The notes: generated by a model not told the origin, from the sequence alone. Counted from the stretch's first letter, positions 10,170 through 20,446 are shown. The stretch is DNA of 64,000 nucleotides from Candidatus Latescibacterota bacterium (GCA_963422735.1 OY730476.1:1024001-1088000), one strand, 5' to 3'. Numbers and translations: made by a program.

Positions 10170-11000
10170 TTATTGGCCGTCGCAAGGCCGGTATTCGCCG
10201 CGGGCGTTCCAGCCGGGATACTGCGATTCCAAGGCATCGAGCGTCTGGCGGGTGTAGTAGGGATGGTCGGGCGGCGGGAAGCGGAAGAGCTGGCGATCGG
10301 CGGCAGTGAGGCCGGCGATAAACTCGCAAAAGTGCGGGTCGCGCCCCACCTGGGTGTAGTGCTCGACGCCTTCCCAATAGTGGTCGGCGCGGCCATAGGC
10401 GAATTTCCAGATATAGCGCTGGCCGTCGGCGCGCCGATAGTCGCTGGCGGCGTGCCAGGAGTAGTTGTGGAAGATGGCTACCGAGCCGCCAGGGGCGACC
10501 ATCGGCTCGGCTTTAGCCGGGTCCTGGTGCTGGCCGTCGCCATCGGCGACGAAGAGGGTTGGGGCCTGATCCCCTTCGACGTCTTCGAGGCAGAACCAGA
10601 AGTTGAGCTGGCTGTGACGACGGTCGGATGTAGTGGGCGGCAGCAGCGAATTGTTGCAATTGTCGATGTGGAACGGCCCACCCTTGCGGCCCGGATAGGA
10701 GACCAAACCCAGTCCGGGCCGGTAGTGGATTTGGTCGGTGCCGAGCCAGTGTCGGGCGAAGGCGATGGCTTCGCGGTCGACGATGGCGCGGTTGAGGCAT
10801 TGTTCGGGATAGGGGAAATAGCAGGAGTCCAGGCGAGCGTCGGGCGGGCCGTCCGCGACTTCGTCCCAAGGTTTGAGGAGGAGGCGGAGGGCGGCGGCCA
10901 TGGCGGCGCGTTGGGCTTCGGGGAGGTAGTTGTGGATGATGACAAAGCCGCGTGTGGCAAGTGTTTTGAATACTTCGTCGTTTAGTTTTTGCTCCTGCAT
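10170..11000 (-). CDS. Phytanoyl-CoA dioxygenase (PhyH) family protein
   Basis: RGFVIIHNYL, HxD motif (FHID), GGSVAIFH..SWHAAS, distal Arg. Confidence 0.8.
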   Translation of the reverse strand: MQEQKLNDEVFKTLATRGFVIIHNYLPEAQRAAMAAALRLLLKPWDEVADGPPDARLDSCYFPYPEQCLNRAIVDREAIAFARHWLGTDQIHYRPGLGLVSYPGRKGGPFHIDNCNNSLLPPTTSDRRHSQLNFWFCLEDVEGDQAPTLFVADGDGQHQDPAKAEPMVAPGGSVAIFHNYSWHAASDYRRADGQRYIWKFAYGRADHYWEGVEHYTQVGRDPHFCEFIAGLTAADRQLFRFPPPDHPYYTRQTLDALESQYPGWNARGEYRPCDGQ

Positions 11001-11011
11001 GATGGGTTCCT

Positions 11012-11326
11012 TTAGGCGACATGTTTCTGGATGCCGACGACGAGTGCGATGCTCAGGGCCGCGATCAGCGCGACACCGACGAGCGTGATGATTAAGGTCT
11101 TGCCCATAAACAAATAGATCCCCAAGCCCATCAGGACGGTCACCACTCCCATAAGGAAGAGCATCAGCCCCACCCAGTGGGCCAATGCGTCCTTGTCGGC
11201 GACCCGGTTCGGGTCGAGACCGGAGATCAGGCCGATGCGTTTCTTAACTCCTATCAGATAGGCGATGGCATAGAGCGGCAGGGCGGAGAGCAGCATGACG
11301 AGAAAGATAAATAGGTCTGAGTCCAT
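11012..11326 (-). CDS. Small 3-TM membrane protein (DUF3784-like)
   Basis: YLIGVKKRIGLISG.D...V.DK..LA, three hydrophobic segments, RBS AAAGGAG. Confidence 0.7.
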   Translation of the reverse strand: MDSDLFIFLVMLLSALPLYAIAYLIGVKKRIGLISGLDPNRVADKDALAHWVGLMLFLMGVVTVLMGLGIYLFMGKTLIITLVGVALIAALSIALVVGIQKHVA

Positions 11327-11355
11327 AGAAAGCTCCTTTCATGGGCTGGGAGTTG

Positions 11356-11430
11356 TCACGCCGGAAACGGCACGGGAAGGCATAGCTTGGCGTATTGTAG
11401 AAGCGGTCTAGCCCGGCTCCGACGCGAATC
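11356..11430 (-). repeat. Copy 2 of the 3' end of the 658-aa gene (diverged, 22-bp internal deletion)
   Basis: Encodes IRVGAGLDRFYNTPSYAFP versus IRVGVGLDRFCNTPSYAFP at 12330-12426. The deletion lies between cacgggaa direct repeats. Confidence 0.92.
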
Positions 11431-12270
11431 AATCTAGAGCACGGCAAGACCATTGTCCTTGAAGCCACTCCTCCAGTTCAGCAATCTCCTCTTCCGTCAA
11501 GTTCAAGCTGGCTGCTTGAGCGCGATCAGTTGTAGATCTGATCAGGGCTGCTCGAATATCGTCCGCGTTTGGTCCCGGGTTTACACTCCGTGCAGCACCG
11601 CCGAATAGCGCTGCACGGAGAATCACTCCAATCGCTTGTCGTCCTACTTGTATGCCCTCCCTCTTAAGCTCATCCCGGGTCCAAGCCGTAGCTTGGGTCA
11701 AGCTGAAATCATGAGTGTTCCCATAGTGTGCGAGCATTTCAATGGTTGCCTTCCACTTAGCAGGGCTAAGCAGGGGTAAGTCGGTGATTTGAAAAATTTG
11801 CGTGATAAGCTCCGGCGTGTCTTCTTCGCCTCCCGGTTCCGAGTGAATGTCGGGATTCCACACATAGTGATTCTTTGTGCGGAGATCGGGCATCATCGAA
11901 ACTAATCTGCCAAGCGAGCCGGTGTTAAACCATCGGCTTCGATCTATGGTATCCCCGAATTCGATCTGAATTCGGATACCGAAAAGCCTGATTTGGTGAG
12001 ATTTGGCCGGAATCTCGAAAAGTAAACCCTACCACTATCGTTCCCCTCCTCGGTGTCCTCAACCCATCCCACCGGGTTCATATACGCCCGTCGTACTAAG
12101 AAATCTCTCCTAGCGTTAGGTGAAAGCTTCCAGGAGGCAAGAGCATCGAGCCACTTGCTAGGTTCCCGCGCTAATGTGTAAGCCGCTCAACGGTCCAGTT
12201 CCAGCATGCCACTGAAAAGATTGTCGAAGTCTAAGAAGAGTGCTGTTCTGATACATTCCATGCTGGTCAT
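11429..12270 (-). pseudogene. NYN (LabA/DUF88 PIN-like) domain protein, disrupted
   Basis: RTALFLDFDNLF...R*AAY (in-frame TGA at 12187-12189)...RRAYMNPVGW...YFSRFRP. The nuclease core is deleted; the C-terminal part survives as 11429-11896. Confidence 0.7.
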
Positions 12271-12329
12271 CTCCAGTTATCTATCTATTTGCTACCCCTC
12301 TGGCCGCCAAGAGGATACAACGATTAACC

Positions 12330-14306
12330 TCACGACGGGAACGGCACGGGAATCCCATCGCCGTGCCACGGGAAGGCGTAGCTCGGTGTATTGCAGAAAC
12401 GATCTAGCCCGACTCCGACGCGAATCGCCGTTGACGGCGGCAGTTCCACCGAGAAGTACTTCCCTTCTACAGCAGCTACAACCTCGCCATCCCTCCCTGC
12501 GGCGCGGTATTTGAGCTGCGTGAAGCGGTGCTCACCAAAGGCACCGGCCTGTACAATGAGGCGGCGCGTCTCGTGCCGCGACGTGTTGACGAGCTGAATG
12601 CCGACCCCAGCCGGTCCCAGTTCATCTACCAAGGCGGCCACATCTAAGGGCAGCCCCGGACGCAGGAGATCGGCGTCGAAGTAGCGCACCGTAGCGCGCA
12701 GCAGACCGCCGTTATAGACCGACTGCGGCGCCCCCAGCGTCACTTGGGTCAGCCCCTTGGTCAACACCGGCTGCGACGGGAGCCGATTGGTAGCGATGAT
12801 CTCCAGAGGACTGCGCTCCACGTCGCGCATGGCCTCGTAGGTCTCTAGGGCCTGCTGGTACTCCGCCTGCAGAATCTGCTCCGGCCAGCTCGGGTTCTTG
12901 CCGTCGTAGTACTGGAAGCGGGCAAATTCGGTATTGCCCCAGTTTTTCTCGCCCAAGACCGTGCCTACATCATTCCAGTCTCGCTCCACGTCGCCTTCGC
13001 GCACCGAGGTGATGAGCTCGTAGTCCTCCCGGGCCATAGAGGCGTGGTACAGGTGCATGATGTCCTGACCCCTAAGTGGGGTGGGTTCCAGCCAGTAGCC
13101 CCGCATCTCAATGCCGTCGCTTACGTGTAGTCCCGGCGCTGGATTCCAGTCCCAGCCATCCGGCCCGTAGCGCACTGGCACGAGGAACTGCCCATCCTCC
13201 CGTTTCCTGCCGTTATCGATTTGCAGCTTGATTTGCGAGCGCAAAAAGTCGAGGTAGCCGCTGTCGCCGGTGAGCAGTTGGGCGCATTCGACTGCGATGT
13301 TGATACCGTGGAACATGATGTTGTAGCCTTGGTAGTGGTTCCAGCCGTATTGGCCTCCCCACCACGCGCCTTCGCGTCCCCCACCGATGACGCCTTTGGC
13401 ATCGACATTGTCCGGGCAAATACCGCCGTTTTTCTCGGTGCGCTCCATCCACGCCTCCGTGTAGTCGAGGACCCACTGTTTGTACTTGCTATCGCCCGTG
13501 TACAGATAGGTATTGGTCACCAGCGCGGTAGCCGCTAAGCTGTTGGGCGTGTCGCACTGCAAGACGAGCCGGTCGAACAGATCGACGATCTGCTTGCGCC
13601 GCGCTGGATTTTCAAACCAGCGGGTCTCTAAGTTTTTGACGATGGGATACAGGCTGGCGCGCACTCCGTAGTAGTTGGCCTGTCCGCCCAAGCCGCGCCC
13701 GGCCAGCAGCATGGTGTTGGCGTATTCTGCGTCTGCGTGGAGCTTGGGTCCTTGGCTCGAATGGAAGGGCGAGCGCAGGATGCGGTATTCGGGATCCCAG
13801 TTGGGGGCTTGGGGATCCTCACCGATAAACAGGGCCGCAAAGCTCCGCGCCCGCCGCATGTTTTCCGATACCGTGGGATCGGCCACCCCAAAGTCGTAAA
13901 AGGCCATATTGCCCTCGCCCAAGTGATGCCACTCCATGGCTTGTTCGAGGTTCCAGAATTCGTTGTGGATGGAAGGGCGGAAAACTTTCACGTGATCGTT
14001 GTAGCGCGTGCGATGATTAATGCGATCATCGCTGATGCGGGTGACCGCGTTCCAATTGCGGAAGTGGAAATCGAGCAAATCGTCGGCCGCGCCAATCGCG
14101 TAGAACAGGCCGAAGTTGTACATCTGTTCGTAGAGATCATCCACATCCTCGGCCAACAAGGTGCCGCCGCCGCGCTCAAAGTACTGCCGAGCGAACAGGC
14201 GGCCCGACTCCTCCATCAGTGCGATCAAATTCCGCTCCATTAAGGCCCACGCCGGCGGGGCCGCAACCTCGGTCGCCTCAATCCTAGTCATACTATTTGC
14301 TACCAT
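12330..14306 (-). CDS. Large hypothetical protein, 658 aa, Trp/Tyr-rich, probably an enzyme
   Basis: Long ORF with RBS GGAGG and coding-like composition. No family recognised. Confidence 0.8.
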   Translation of the reverse strand: MVANSMTRIEATEVAAPPAWALMERNLIALMEESGRLFARQYFERGGGTLLAEDVDDLYEQMYNFGLFYAIGAADDLLDFHFRNWNAVTRISDDRINHRTRYNDHVKVFRPSIHNEFWNLEQAMEWHHLGEGNMAFYDFGVADPTVSENMRRARSFAALFIGEDPQAPNWDPEYRILRSPFHSSQGPKLHADAEYANTMLLAGRGLGGQANYYGVRASLYPIVKNLETRWFENPARRKQIVDLFDRLVLQCDTPNSLAATALVTNTYLYTGDSKYKQWVLDYTEAWMERTEKNGGICPDNVDAKGVIGGGREGAWWGGQYGWNHYQGYNIMFHGINIAVECAQLLTGDSGYLDFLRSQIKLQIDNGRKREDGQFLVPVRYGPDGWDWNPAPGLHVSDGIEMRGYWLEPTPLRGQDIMHLYHASMAREDYELITSVREGDVERDWNDVGTVLGEKNWGNTEFARFQYYDGKNPSWPEQILQAEYQQALETYEAMRDVERSPLEIIATNRLPSQPVLTKGLTQVTLGAPQSVYNGGLLRATVRYFDADLLRPGLPLDVAALVDELGPAGVGIQLVNTSRHETRRLIVQAGAFGEHRFTQLKYRAAGRDGEVVAAVEGKYFSVELPPSTAIRVGVGLDRFCNTPSYAFPWHGDGIPVPFPS

Positions 14307-14447
14307 CGCCTACTACCTCCTGTGCGCGAGAAAGGGTCGGACGTAATTCTAGGCGGCACTACATGCGCGGGCAAGCGGCACACTTTCAGCCGATGGCGCG
14401 TTGGTCTGCTTGGCTGCTCCCGACGCATCCTTTACCTTAAAAACCCC

Positions 14448-15233
14448 ATGAACAGTAAAGACTATCTACACGCCCTCTTCGGCTGCGAGGGCCGCAAAGC
14501 CATCGTCACGGGGGCCTCCAGCGGCCTAGGTGCCGAAATGGCCCGCGTCCTCGTCTCGGCGGGTGCTGACGTCCTCGCCATCGCCCGCCGCCAAGAGCGC
14601 CTCGAAGCACTGGCCAACGAATTGCAAGATCGCGCCGGGACCATCCACGCACACGCGGCCGACCTCAGCGACAACGCCGCCATCGCCGCCCTGCCCGAGC
14701 AAGTGTGCGAGCGACTCGGCGGCTGCGATATCTTGGTCGCCAATGCCGGCACAGCCACCCGCGTCCGCCTCGAAGATATGGCCGAGCAAGACTTTGCCGC
14801 GGTCGTCGATCTCAACCTCAAAGCCCAATGGCTGCTCGCCAAAGCCTGCTTTCCCCTGCTCTGTCAATCCGATGCCGGTCGCATCGTCAATATCGCCTCC
14901 ATCTACGGCTTGGGAGCCTCGGTAATCAACGGCCTGAGTGCCTACACAGTCAGCAAGCACGGACTCGTAGGGTTGACGCGCTCGCAGGCAGTGGAATGGA
15001 GCAGACACGGCATCACTGCAAACGCCATCGCCCCCAGCTATTTTCCCACCGAATTGACCGAAACCGCCCTCGACAACGAGAAGATGAGCACCCGCCTGCA
15101 CACCTTTACGCCGCAGGGCCGCTTTGGTCAGCCCGCAGAGTTGGCCACTACCCTGCTTTTTTTGTGCTCAAAGGACAGTGGCTACGTCAACGGGACCGTC
15201 GTACCGGTGGACGGCGGCTGGACAGCGTGGTGA
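14448..15233 (+). CDS. Short-chain dehydrogenase/reductase
   Basis: TGASSGLG, NAG, IVNIAS, YxxxK (YTVSK), VDGGW. Confidence 0.93.
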   Translation: MNSKDYLHALFGCEGRKAIVTGASSGLGAEMARVLVSAGADVLAIARRQERLEALANELQDRAGTIHAHAADLSDNAAIAALPEQVCERLGGCDILVANAGTATRVRLEDMAEQDFAAVVDLNLKAQWLLAKACFPLLCQSDAGRIVNIASIYGLGASVINGLSAYTVSKHGLVGLTRSQAVEWSRHGITANAIAPSYFPTELTETALDNEKMSTRLHTFTPQGRFGQPAELATTLLFLCSKDSGYVNGTVVPVDGGWTAW

Positions 15234-15315
15234 TAGTAGCCAGTGTTGAGTGAATAGTGCCCCGCCGCCTCTAGGGTCGGGAGCGGACGGGAACTAACCA
15301 CTGAAAATCGGCACT

Positions 15316-15700
15316 ATGAAAAAGCGAATCCTCGGCCGCACGGGCCTAGCCGTGAGCGAGCTGTCGCTCGGCGGGCTTTTTGTCTCGTCCCTTGGTGCGG
15401 CCTTTGAGCAGAGCAAGCAGGCCGTGCGCCGCGCCCTCGAATTGGGGTTAATTACATCGACGCCGCGCCGACCTATTTCGATAGCGAAGAGGTCTTGGGT
15501 AAGGCATTCGAAGGCGTGGAAACGCCCCTTTACCTTTCGACTAAGATCGGAGGTCGCCTAACCCCCTTCCTGCCACAGGGCCCCGCCTGCCTGCGGCGTT
15601 CGGTGGAGGAAAGCCTCAAGCGCGACCGCGTCGATATCCCGATGGTCCACGAGCCAGACCGGCCGCGGATGTACGATTGGGGTTCCCTTCCGACCTTGCG
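15316..15700 (+). pseudogene. Aldo/keto reductase, frameshifted and 3'-truncated
   Basis: RILGRTGLAVSELSLGG...ALELG, frameshift near 15450, then YLSTKIG...SVEESL..D.VDI.MVHEPD. Confidence 0.8.
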
Positions 15701-15766
15701 AAGACCCCTTCGTCCTACCGCTAGCCGGGCTTACTCTGGGCTGGGACAGATCCGTTAGCAGTCTTC

Positions 15767-16483
15767 TTAGGCTGGCGGCGCTTCCAGAAAAACGCGTACC
15801 CCCATATCGGCATAGCGCGACCGACTCTCAGCCGTGCCATTGCGGAAACAGACCGCGGTATCCGTGCCCTGCAAGGACTCGACCACGTGGCGCACACAGT
15901 CATCGACGCTTTTGAGATGGGGATGTCCCCGGTGATTCAGGTCCATTTGCAGGTCGGTAGGGCCAAAGGAGAGGCAATCGACCCCGGGCCGCGCCAAGTT
16001 GAATGCACTAGTCGCGGCCGCCACGGATTCGACTTGCAGCCACAGCACCCCGTACTGGTTCCACCAATCCGCATACGCCTGGGGGCCGCTACTCGCGTCG
16101 CCGACGCGGGCACTGCCGCCGTGGCTGCGCACCCCTTGCGGCAAGTAGTAAAAATTAGCCACGGCCTCTTCAGCAGTCGCTACGGCCTCTACTTGGGGTA
16201 CTTCGATCCCCGAGGGCCCCAGGTCCAAGTAGTTGCCGATCAGGTAGGTGTGGCGAGTGTGCTTGATGCGGAAGTGCAGCGGTAGGTCGAACTCCCCGAC
16301 CATGCCCGACAACGCGACCAAGCGATCTTCGCTATAGGGCGAGTGCTGGCTATCGACAAAGACAAAATCGCACGCGCCCAACTCGGCGATTCGCTTGAAT
16401 GCATCGCGCTCGATATCGCCGCGGATGCCAAACCCCACCACCTGTTCGCCCCGCTTGATCTCCTGCTTCAAATTCGCTGCCAT
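15767..16483 (-). CDS. HpcH/HpaI aldolase family protein
   Basis: DFVFVDSQHS, YLDLGPSGIEVPQVE, LQVES, GVDCLSFGPTDL. Confidence 0.85.
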   Translation of the reverse strand: MAANLKQEIKRGEQVVGFGIRGDIERDAFKRIAELGACDFVFVDSQHSPYSEDRLVALSGMVGEFDLPLHFRIKHTRHTYLIGNYLDLGPSGIEVPQVEAVATAEEAVANFYYLPQGVRSHGGSARVGDASSGPQAYADWWNQYGVLWLQVESVAAATSAFNLARPGVDCLSFGPTDLQMDLNHRGHPHLKSVDDCVRHVVESLQGTDTAVCFRNGTAESRSRYADMGVRVFLEAPPA

Positions 16484-16506
16484 GCTCGTATCTCCTTTAA
16501 CCTCGG

Positions 16507-17391
16507 TTAGGCGTACAGCCCGAATGTGCTAGCTGCCAACCAGAGCAGAGTGTTGACCTGCAAGGGCCGATCATTCCAGACGACTGCCGTCGGGTCGTCT
16601 CCCAGCCCTCGGTGGTACACAAGATAGAGATAGCGCAACACGCCGTAGAGCACAAAAGGGATCGTCCACTGCATTTGCGCGTCTTCTGCATCGCCCACCC
16701 CCATTGCGTACAGCGCATAGCAGACCATAGTCACGGCAGAAAGGACGGCGATCATTTGGTCGAGAAAAGGTACGCTGTATTCTTCGAGGATGGCGCGGTG
16801 ATCCGCGGCCGCATCCGCCAGTTGTACGATCTCCTGTCGGCGCTTGACCGCAGCCACGAAGAGCACCAGTGCGAAGATACAGACGATAAACCAAGTGGAA
16901 ATAGACACCTCGATGACCACGCCACCGCCGACGGCGCGCAGCAGGTAACATGCGGCCACGATCAGCACATCCACCAAGACCACGTGCTTAAGCCGGAGCG
17001 AGTACGCCGCGTTGAGCACCGCGTAGAGCGCGGCCACCCACCACAAATGGGGGTGCAGCCAAAATGCACAGGCCAACGCAAGGGCCAACGCGACCAAAGC
17101 CGCCCCCCATGCCAACGCGAGGGATAAGTGGCCGGCGGCAATCGGCCGGCGGCACTTCTCGGGATGCAGGCGGTCGTACTGGCGGTCGAAGATGTCGTTG
17201 AACAAATAGACGCTCCCGCTCAACAGAACGAAGCAGAGGGCCGCCCCTAAGCTGCGTACTAGGTAGGGAATTTCAAAAAGATGCTCGGAAAAAACGAGGG
17301 CGGGAAAGACGAAGATATTCTTGATCCACTGCCGGGGGCGCATGGACCACAGGATGTAGTAGAGCAACAAAACAGGGCTATGCTTCTGCAC
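16507..17391 (-). CDS. UbiA-family decaprenyl-phosphate phosphoribosyltransferase-like protein
   Basis: MRPRQWIKN, YLFNDIFD...DRLHPEK..RPIAAG, AYSLRLKH, KRRQE. Confidence 0.9.
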   Translation of the reverse strand: MQKHSPVLLLYYILWSMRPRQWIKNIFVFPALVFSEHLFEIPYLVRSLGAALCFVLLSGSVYLFNDIFDRQYDRLHPEKCRRPIAAGHLSLALAWGAALVALALALACAFWLHPHLWWVAALYAVLNAAYSLRLKHVVLVDVLIVAACYLLRAVGGGVVIEVSISTWFIVCIFALVLFVAAVKRRQEIVQLADAAADHRAILEEYSVPFLDQMIAVLSAVTMVCYALYAMGVGDAEDAQMQWTIPFVLYGVLRYLYLVYHRGLGDDPTAVVWNDRPLQVNTLLWLAASTFGLYA

Positions 17392-17411
17392 AACCGGAGA
17401 GCAGAGGTCGT

Positions 17412-17972
17412 TTAGACCTCCATGATCTCCTTTTCCTTGTTCTCGATGATCCCATCAATAGAGGCTACGTATTCAGCAGTCAACTCCTGCACTCTTTTCT
17501 GTGCGCTGCGCGATTCGTCTTCAGAGATGTCCCCGTCCTTTTGGGCTTGCTGGAGCAGGTCTATCCCGTCGCGCCGCGCATGTCGCACCGCGACCCGTCC
17601 CTCCTCGGCTCGGTGCCGGGCGACTTTGGTGATTTCCACCCGCCGCTCCTCGGTCAGCTCGGGAATGGGCAGCCGGACGATGGTGCCGTCGTTGGCCGGG
17701 TTAAGCCCCAAGCTCTTGTCGGCGAGGATGGCCTTTTCAATCGCGGGAATCAAGGCCGCCTCCCAAGGCTTAATCACCAACAAGCGCGGCTCGGGGACGC
17801 TGATCGTCGCCACTTGGTTGAGCGACGTCTGTTGGCCGTAGTAATCCACCCGCACGTTGTCGAGCATGGCGGCCGAGGCCCTTCCTGTGCGGATAGAGGC
17901 TAAGTCGCGGCGCAGAGACTCGATGGCCTTGTCCATACTCTCTTTTACTGTTTCAATGACCTCTTCCAACAT
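17412..17972 (-). CDS. frr: Ribosome recycling factor
   Basis: IRTGRAS, LGLNP.NDG, PELTEERR, KEKEIMEV. Confidence 0.97.
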   Translation of the reverse strand: MLEEVIETVKESMDKAIESLRRDLASIRTGRASAAMLDNVRVDYYGQQTSLNQVATISVPEPRLLVIKPWEAALIPAIEKAILADKSLGLNPANDGTIVRLPIPELTEERRVEITKVARHRAEEGRVAVRHARRDGIDLLQQAQKDGDISEDESRSAQKRVQELTAEYVASIDGIIENKEKEIMEV

Positions 17973-17990
17973 GGCGGCCTCAATGTGCTT

Positions 17991-18593
17991 TCAGGCGTCT
18001 TCTCCCAAGACGAACCGCTCAAAGCGCCGCACGGTAATTTTTTCGCCGATTTTGGCGGTTATCTCGGTGACTAATTCGCCAATGGTCTGGTCGGGATTTT
18101 TGACGAAGACCTGTTCCATTAGGCAATTTTCCTGATAGAACTTCTCCATGCGGCCCTCGACGATTTTCTCGGCAATGTGCTCGGGCTTGCCCTCGTTTTT
18201 GGCCTGTTCGAGGTAGATGGCCCGCTCCCTTTCCACGGTGTCGGCGGGAATGCCCTCCCGATCAACCGCCAAAGGCTGGGAGGCGGCAATGTGCATAGCC
18301 ACATCCTTGGCGAACTCTTGGAAGTCGTCGGTGCGGGCGACAAAATCGGTTTCGCAGTTGACCTCTATTAGCACGCCGAGGCGGCTGCCCTGGTGAATAT
18401 ACGCTTGGATCAGGCCCTCGCTGGCGTCGCGACCGGCCCGCTTCTCCACGGCAGACAGGCCTTGCTTGCGCAAATACTCAATGGCCTTTTCGCTGTCGCC
18501 ACCCGTCTCTTGTAGGGCCTTCTTGCAATCCATCATGCCCAAGCCCGTCTTCTGCCGAAGCATCCGTACGCTTTGTGCGGTAATTTGAGTCAT
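17991..18593 (-). CDS. tsf: Elongation factor Ts (short, 200-aa type)
   Basis: LRQKTGLGMMDCKKAL, EVNCETDFVA, RRFERFVLGE. Confidence 0.97.
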   Translation of the reverse strand: MTQITAQSVRMLRQKTGLGMMDCKKALQETGGDSEKAIEYLRKQGLSAVEKRAGRDASEGLIQAYIHQGSRLGVLIEVNCETDFVARTDDFQEFAKDVAMHIAASQPLAVDREGIPADTVERERAIYLEQAKNEGKPEHIAEKIVEGRMEKFYQENCLMEQVFVKNPDQTIGELVTEITAKIGEKITVRRFERFVLGEDA

Positions 18594-18624
18594 CGTCGTT
18601 TGCTTTCAAAAGTGGTTGATCTGG

Positions 18625-19398
18625 CTATGCGGTGGCCTCGGCTACATCCGTCGGGGTTTCTTCTTCGGTTCTTACGGCCTCTTGCTTGTCGTCGCGGGCC
18701 GCCTTCTCCGCCTCCGCCTCCGCCCTGCCCTCAATCACCGCGTCAGCGATGAGGCGCGTGATGAGAGAGATCGAGTGGATGGCGTCGTCGTTGCCGGGGA
18801 TCGGATAGGTCACCAAATCGGGGTCGCAGTTGGTATCGACGATGGCCACCGAAGGAATGCCTAGCTTGGCCGCCTCGCGCACTGCGATGTGCTCTTTCTT
18901 GATGTCTATGATAAAGACTAAGCCGGGCAAACCACCCATGTTGCGGATGCCGGCCAAGGTCCGCTGGAGCCGGGCGCGCTCCTTTTCGAGCAGCAGGACC
19001 TCTTTTTTCTTGAGGTTCTCGTAAGTGCCGTCGGTTGAGATGCGGTCGAGATGCTCTAGGTGCCGAATGCTCTGGCGAATGGTCTGCCAGTTGGTCAACA
19101 TCCCGCCGAGCCAGCGCTCGGTGACGTGAAACATGCCACAGCGTTCGGCTTCCTGCCGCACGAGATCAGCGGCCTGTTTCTTCGTGCCGACAAAGAACAC
19201 GGCGCGTCCGGCGCGCACCGTCTGCCGCACGGCCTCGCAAGCGGCTTCGACCTTGCCGACCGTCTTTTGCAGATCAATGATGTGGATGCCGTTGCGCTCG
19301 GTGAAGATGTAGGGCCGCATTTTGGGGTTCCAACGCCGAGTCTGGTGCCCGAAGTGGGTCCCGGCTTCCAGCAAATCGCGGATGGTGAAGTCTGCCAT
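18625..19398 (-). CDS. rpsB: 30S ribosomal protein S2
   Basis: [36 protein letters not shown]. Confidence 0.98.
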   Translation of the reverse strand: MADFTIRDLLEAGTHFGHQTRRWNPKMRPYIFTERNGIHIIDLQKTVGKVEAACEAVRQTVRAGRAVFFVGTKKQAADLVRQEAERCGMFHVTERWLGGMLTNWQTIRQSIRHLEHLDRISTDGTYENLKKKEVLLLEKERARLQRTLAGIRNMGGLPGLVFIIDIKKEHIAVREAAKLGIPSVAIVDTNCDPDLVTYPIPGNDDAIHSISLITRLIADAVIEGRAEAEAEKAARDDKQEAVRTEEETPTDVAEATA

Positions 19399-19409
19399 GA
19401 TCGCTCCTA

Positions 19410-19512
19410 AATGTTAGTTGGACCTCCGCCCCCCTCATCTACACACAGAAGCCCCGCAGACGCCGGACGCCCACGGGACACTCTCTGCCGTGCATCGGGA
19501 AACGTGTGTATT
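19410..19512 (-). promoter_or_regulatory. rpsB leader RNA (S2 autoregulation)
   Basis: Minus strand ACACAC...GTGTGT stem followed by GGAGG...AAC, the layout of known rpsB leaders. Confidence 0.55.
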
Positions 19513-19521
19513 GGGATGGGA

Positions 19522-19914
19522 CTAGCGCTTGGAGAATTGGAAGCGCTTGCGCGCACCAGCCAATCCGTACTTCTTGCGTTCTTTCTCGCGGGCATCGCGC
19601 ATCAGAAAGCCGCCTTTCTTTAACACCTCCCGCTTCTGCGGGTCGTACTGTAACAAGGCGCGGGCAATGCCGAGGCAGGCGGCACCGGCTTGGCCGCGCA
19701 GACCGCCGCCACGGGTGGAAATGTGGATATCGAAAGTGTGCCGAGTCTCGGTCAGATCCAGAGGCTGTACGAGAATCATCTCTAGGGAATCCCGGCGCAG
19801 GTATTCGCCGACAGCGCGACCGTTCACGTAAATACTACCATTGCCGAGTTGCAGACGCACTCGGGCTACCGAGGTCTTTCTACGGCCGGTCGCTTCGTAG
19901 CTTTCTAAGGGCAT
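19522..19914 (-). CDS. rpsI: 30S ribosomal protein S9
   Basis: ATGRRKTSVARV, ERKKYGLAGARKRFQFSKR. Confidence 0.98.
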   Translation of the reverse strand: MPLESYEATGRRKTSVARVRLQLGNGSIYVNGRAVGEYLRRDSLEMILVQPLDLTETRHTFDIHISTRGGGLRGQAGAACLGIARALLQYDPQKREVLKKGGFLMRDAREKERKKYGLAGARKRFQFSKR

Positions 19915-19931
19915 GGGCGCGTTGCCTTTGC

Positions 19932-20366
19932 TTAAAGTTCGAGAAGTTGGGGATTTTGCGCTTGGTGCCGATGCTCACCGCCGACATAGACGCGGAGCTT
20001 CTTTAGCTGCATCCGGCCCAATTTGGTGTGCGGCAGCATGCCCCGCACGGCCTTGCGGATGATCCGATCGGGATGCCGCTCGGCCATGCGGCTATAGGGA
20101 GTGACCCGCAAGCCACCTGGATAGCCGGTGTGGCGATAATAGACCTTCTTTTTGGCCTTGTCGCCCGTTACTCGCACCTTGTCGGCATGAATCACGATGA
20201 CGTGGTCGCCGATATCGGCATGCGGAGCGTATTCGGGCTTGCCCTTGCCGCGCAGTACTTGGGCAATTTCCGAAGCTAGCCGCCCTAGGACCTTGTCGGT
20301 GGCATCGACCACGAACCACTGCCGTTTGATTTCGCCCGCTTTAGGGGCGTAAGTAATATCGTTCAT
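19932..20366 (-). CDS. rplM: 50S ribosomal protein L13
   Basis: WFVVDATDKVLGRLAS, YYRHTGYPGG, AVRGMLP. Start at ATG 20366. Confidence 0.97.
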   Translation of the reverse strand: MNDITYAPKAGEIKRQWFVVDATDKVLGRLASEIAQVLRGKGKPEYAPHADIGDHVIVIHADKVRVTGDKAKKKVYYRHTGYPGGLRVTPYSRMAERHPDRIIRKAVRGMLPHTKLGRMQLKKLRVYVGGEHRHQAQNPQLLEL

Positions 20367-20446
20367 CGTCTTTTCTTCGGATAAGATTATATATCGACTT
20401 ATATAGAAATAGAAACCGGCTAATTTAAGCCCTCTATCCGTCCTTG

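Noticed and set aside
12187-12189. In-frame TGA in the NYN gene as selenocysteine or recoding
   Set aside because: The position is non-catalytic, the gene also has a large deletion, and TGA is a normal stop elsewhere in the window.
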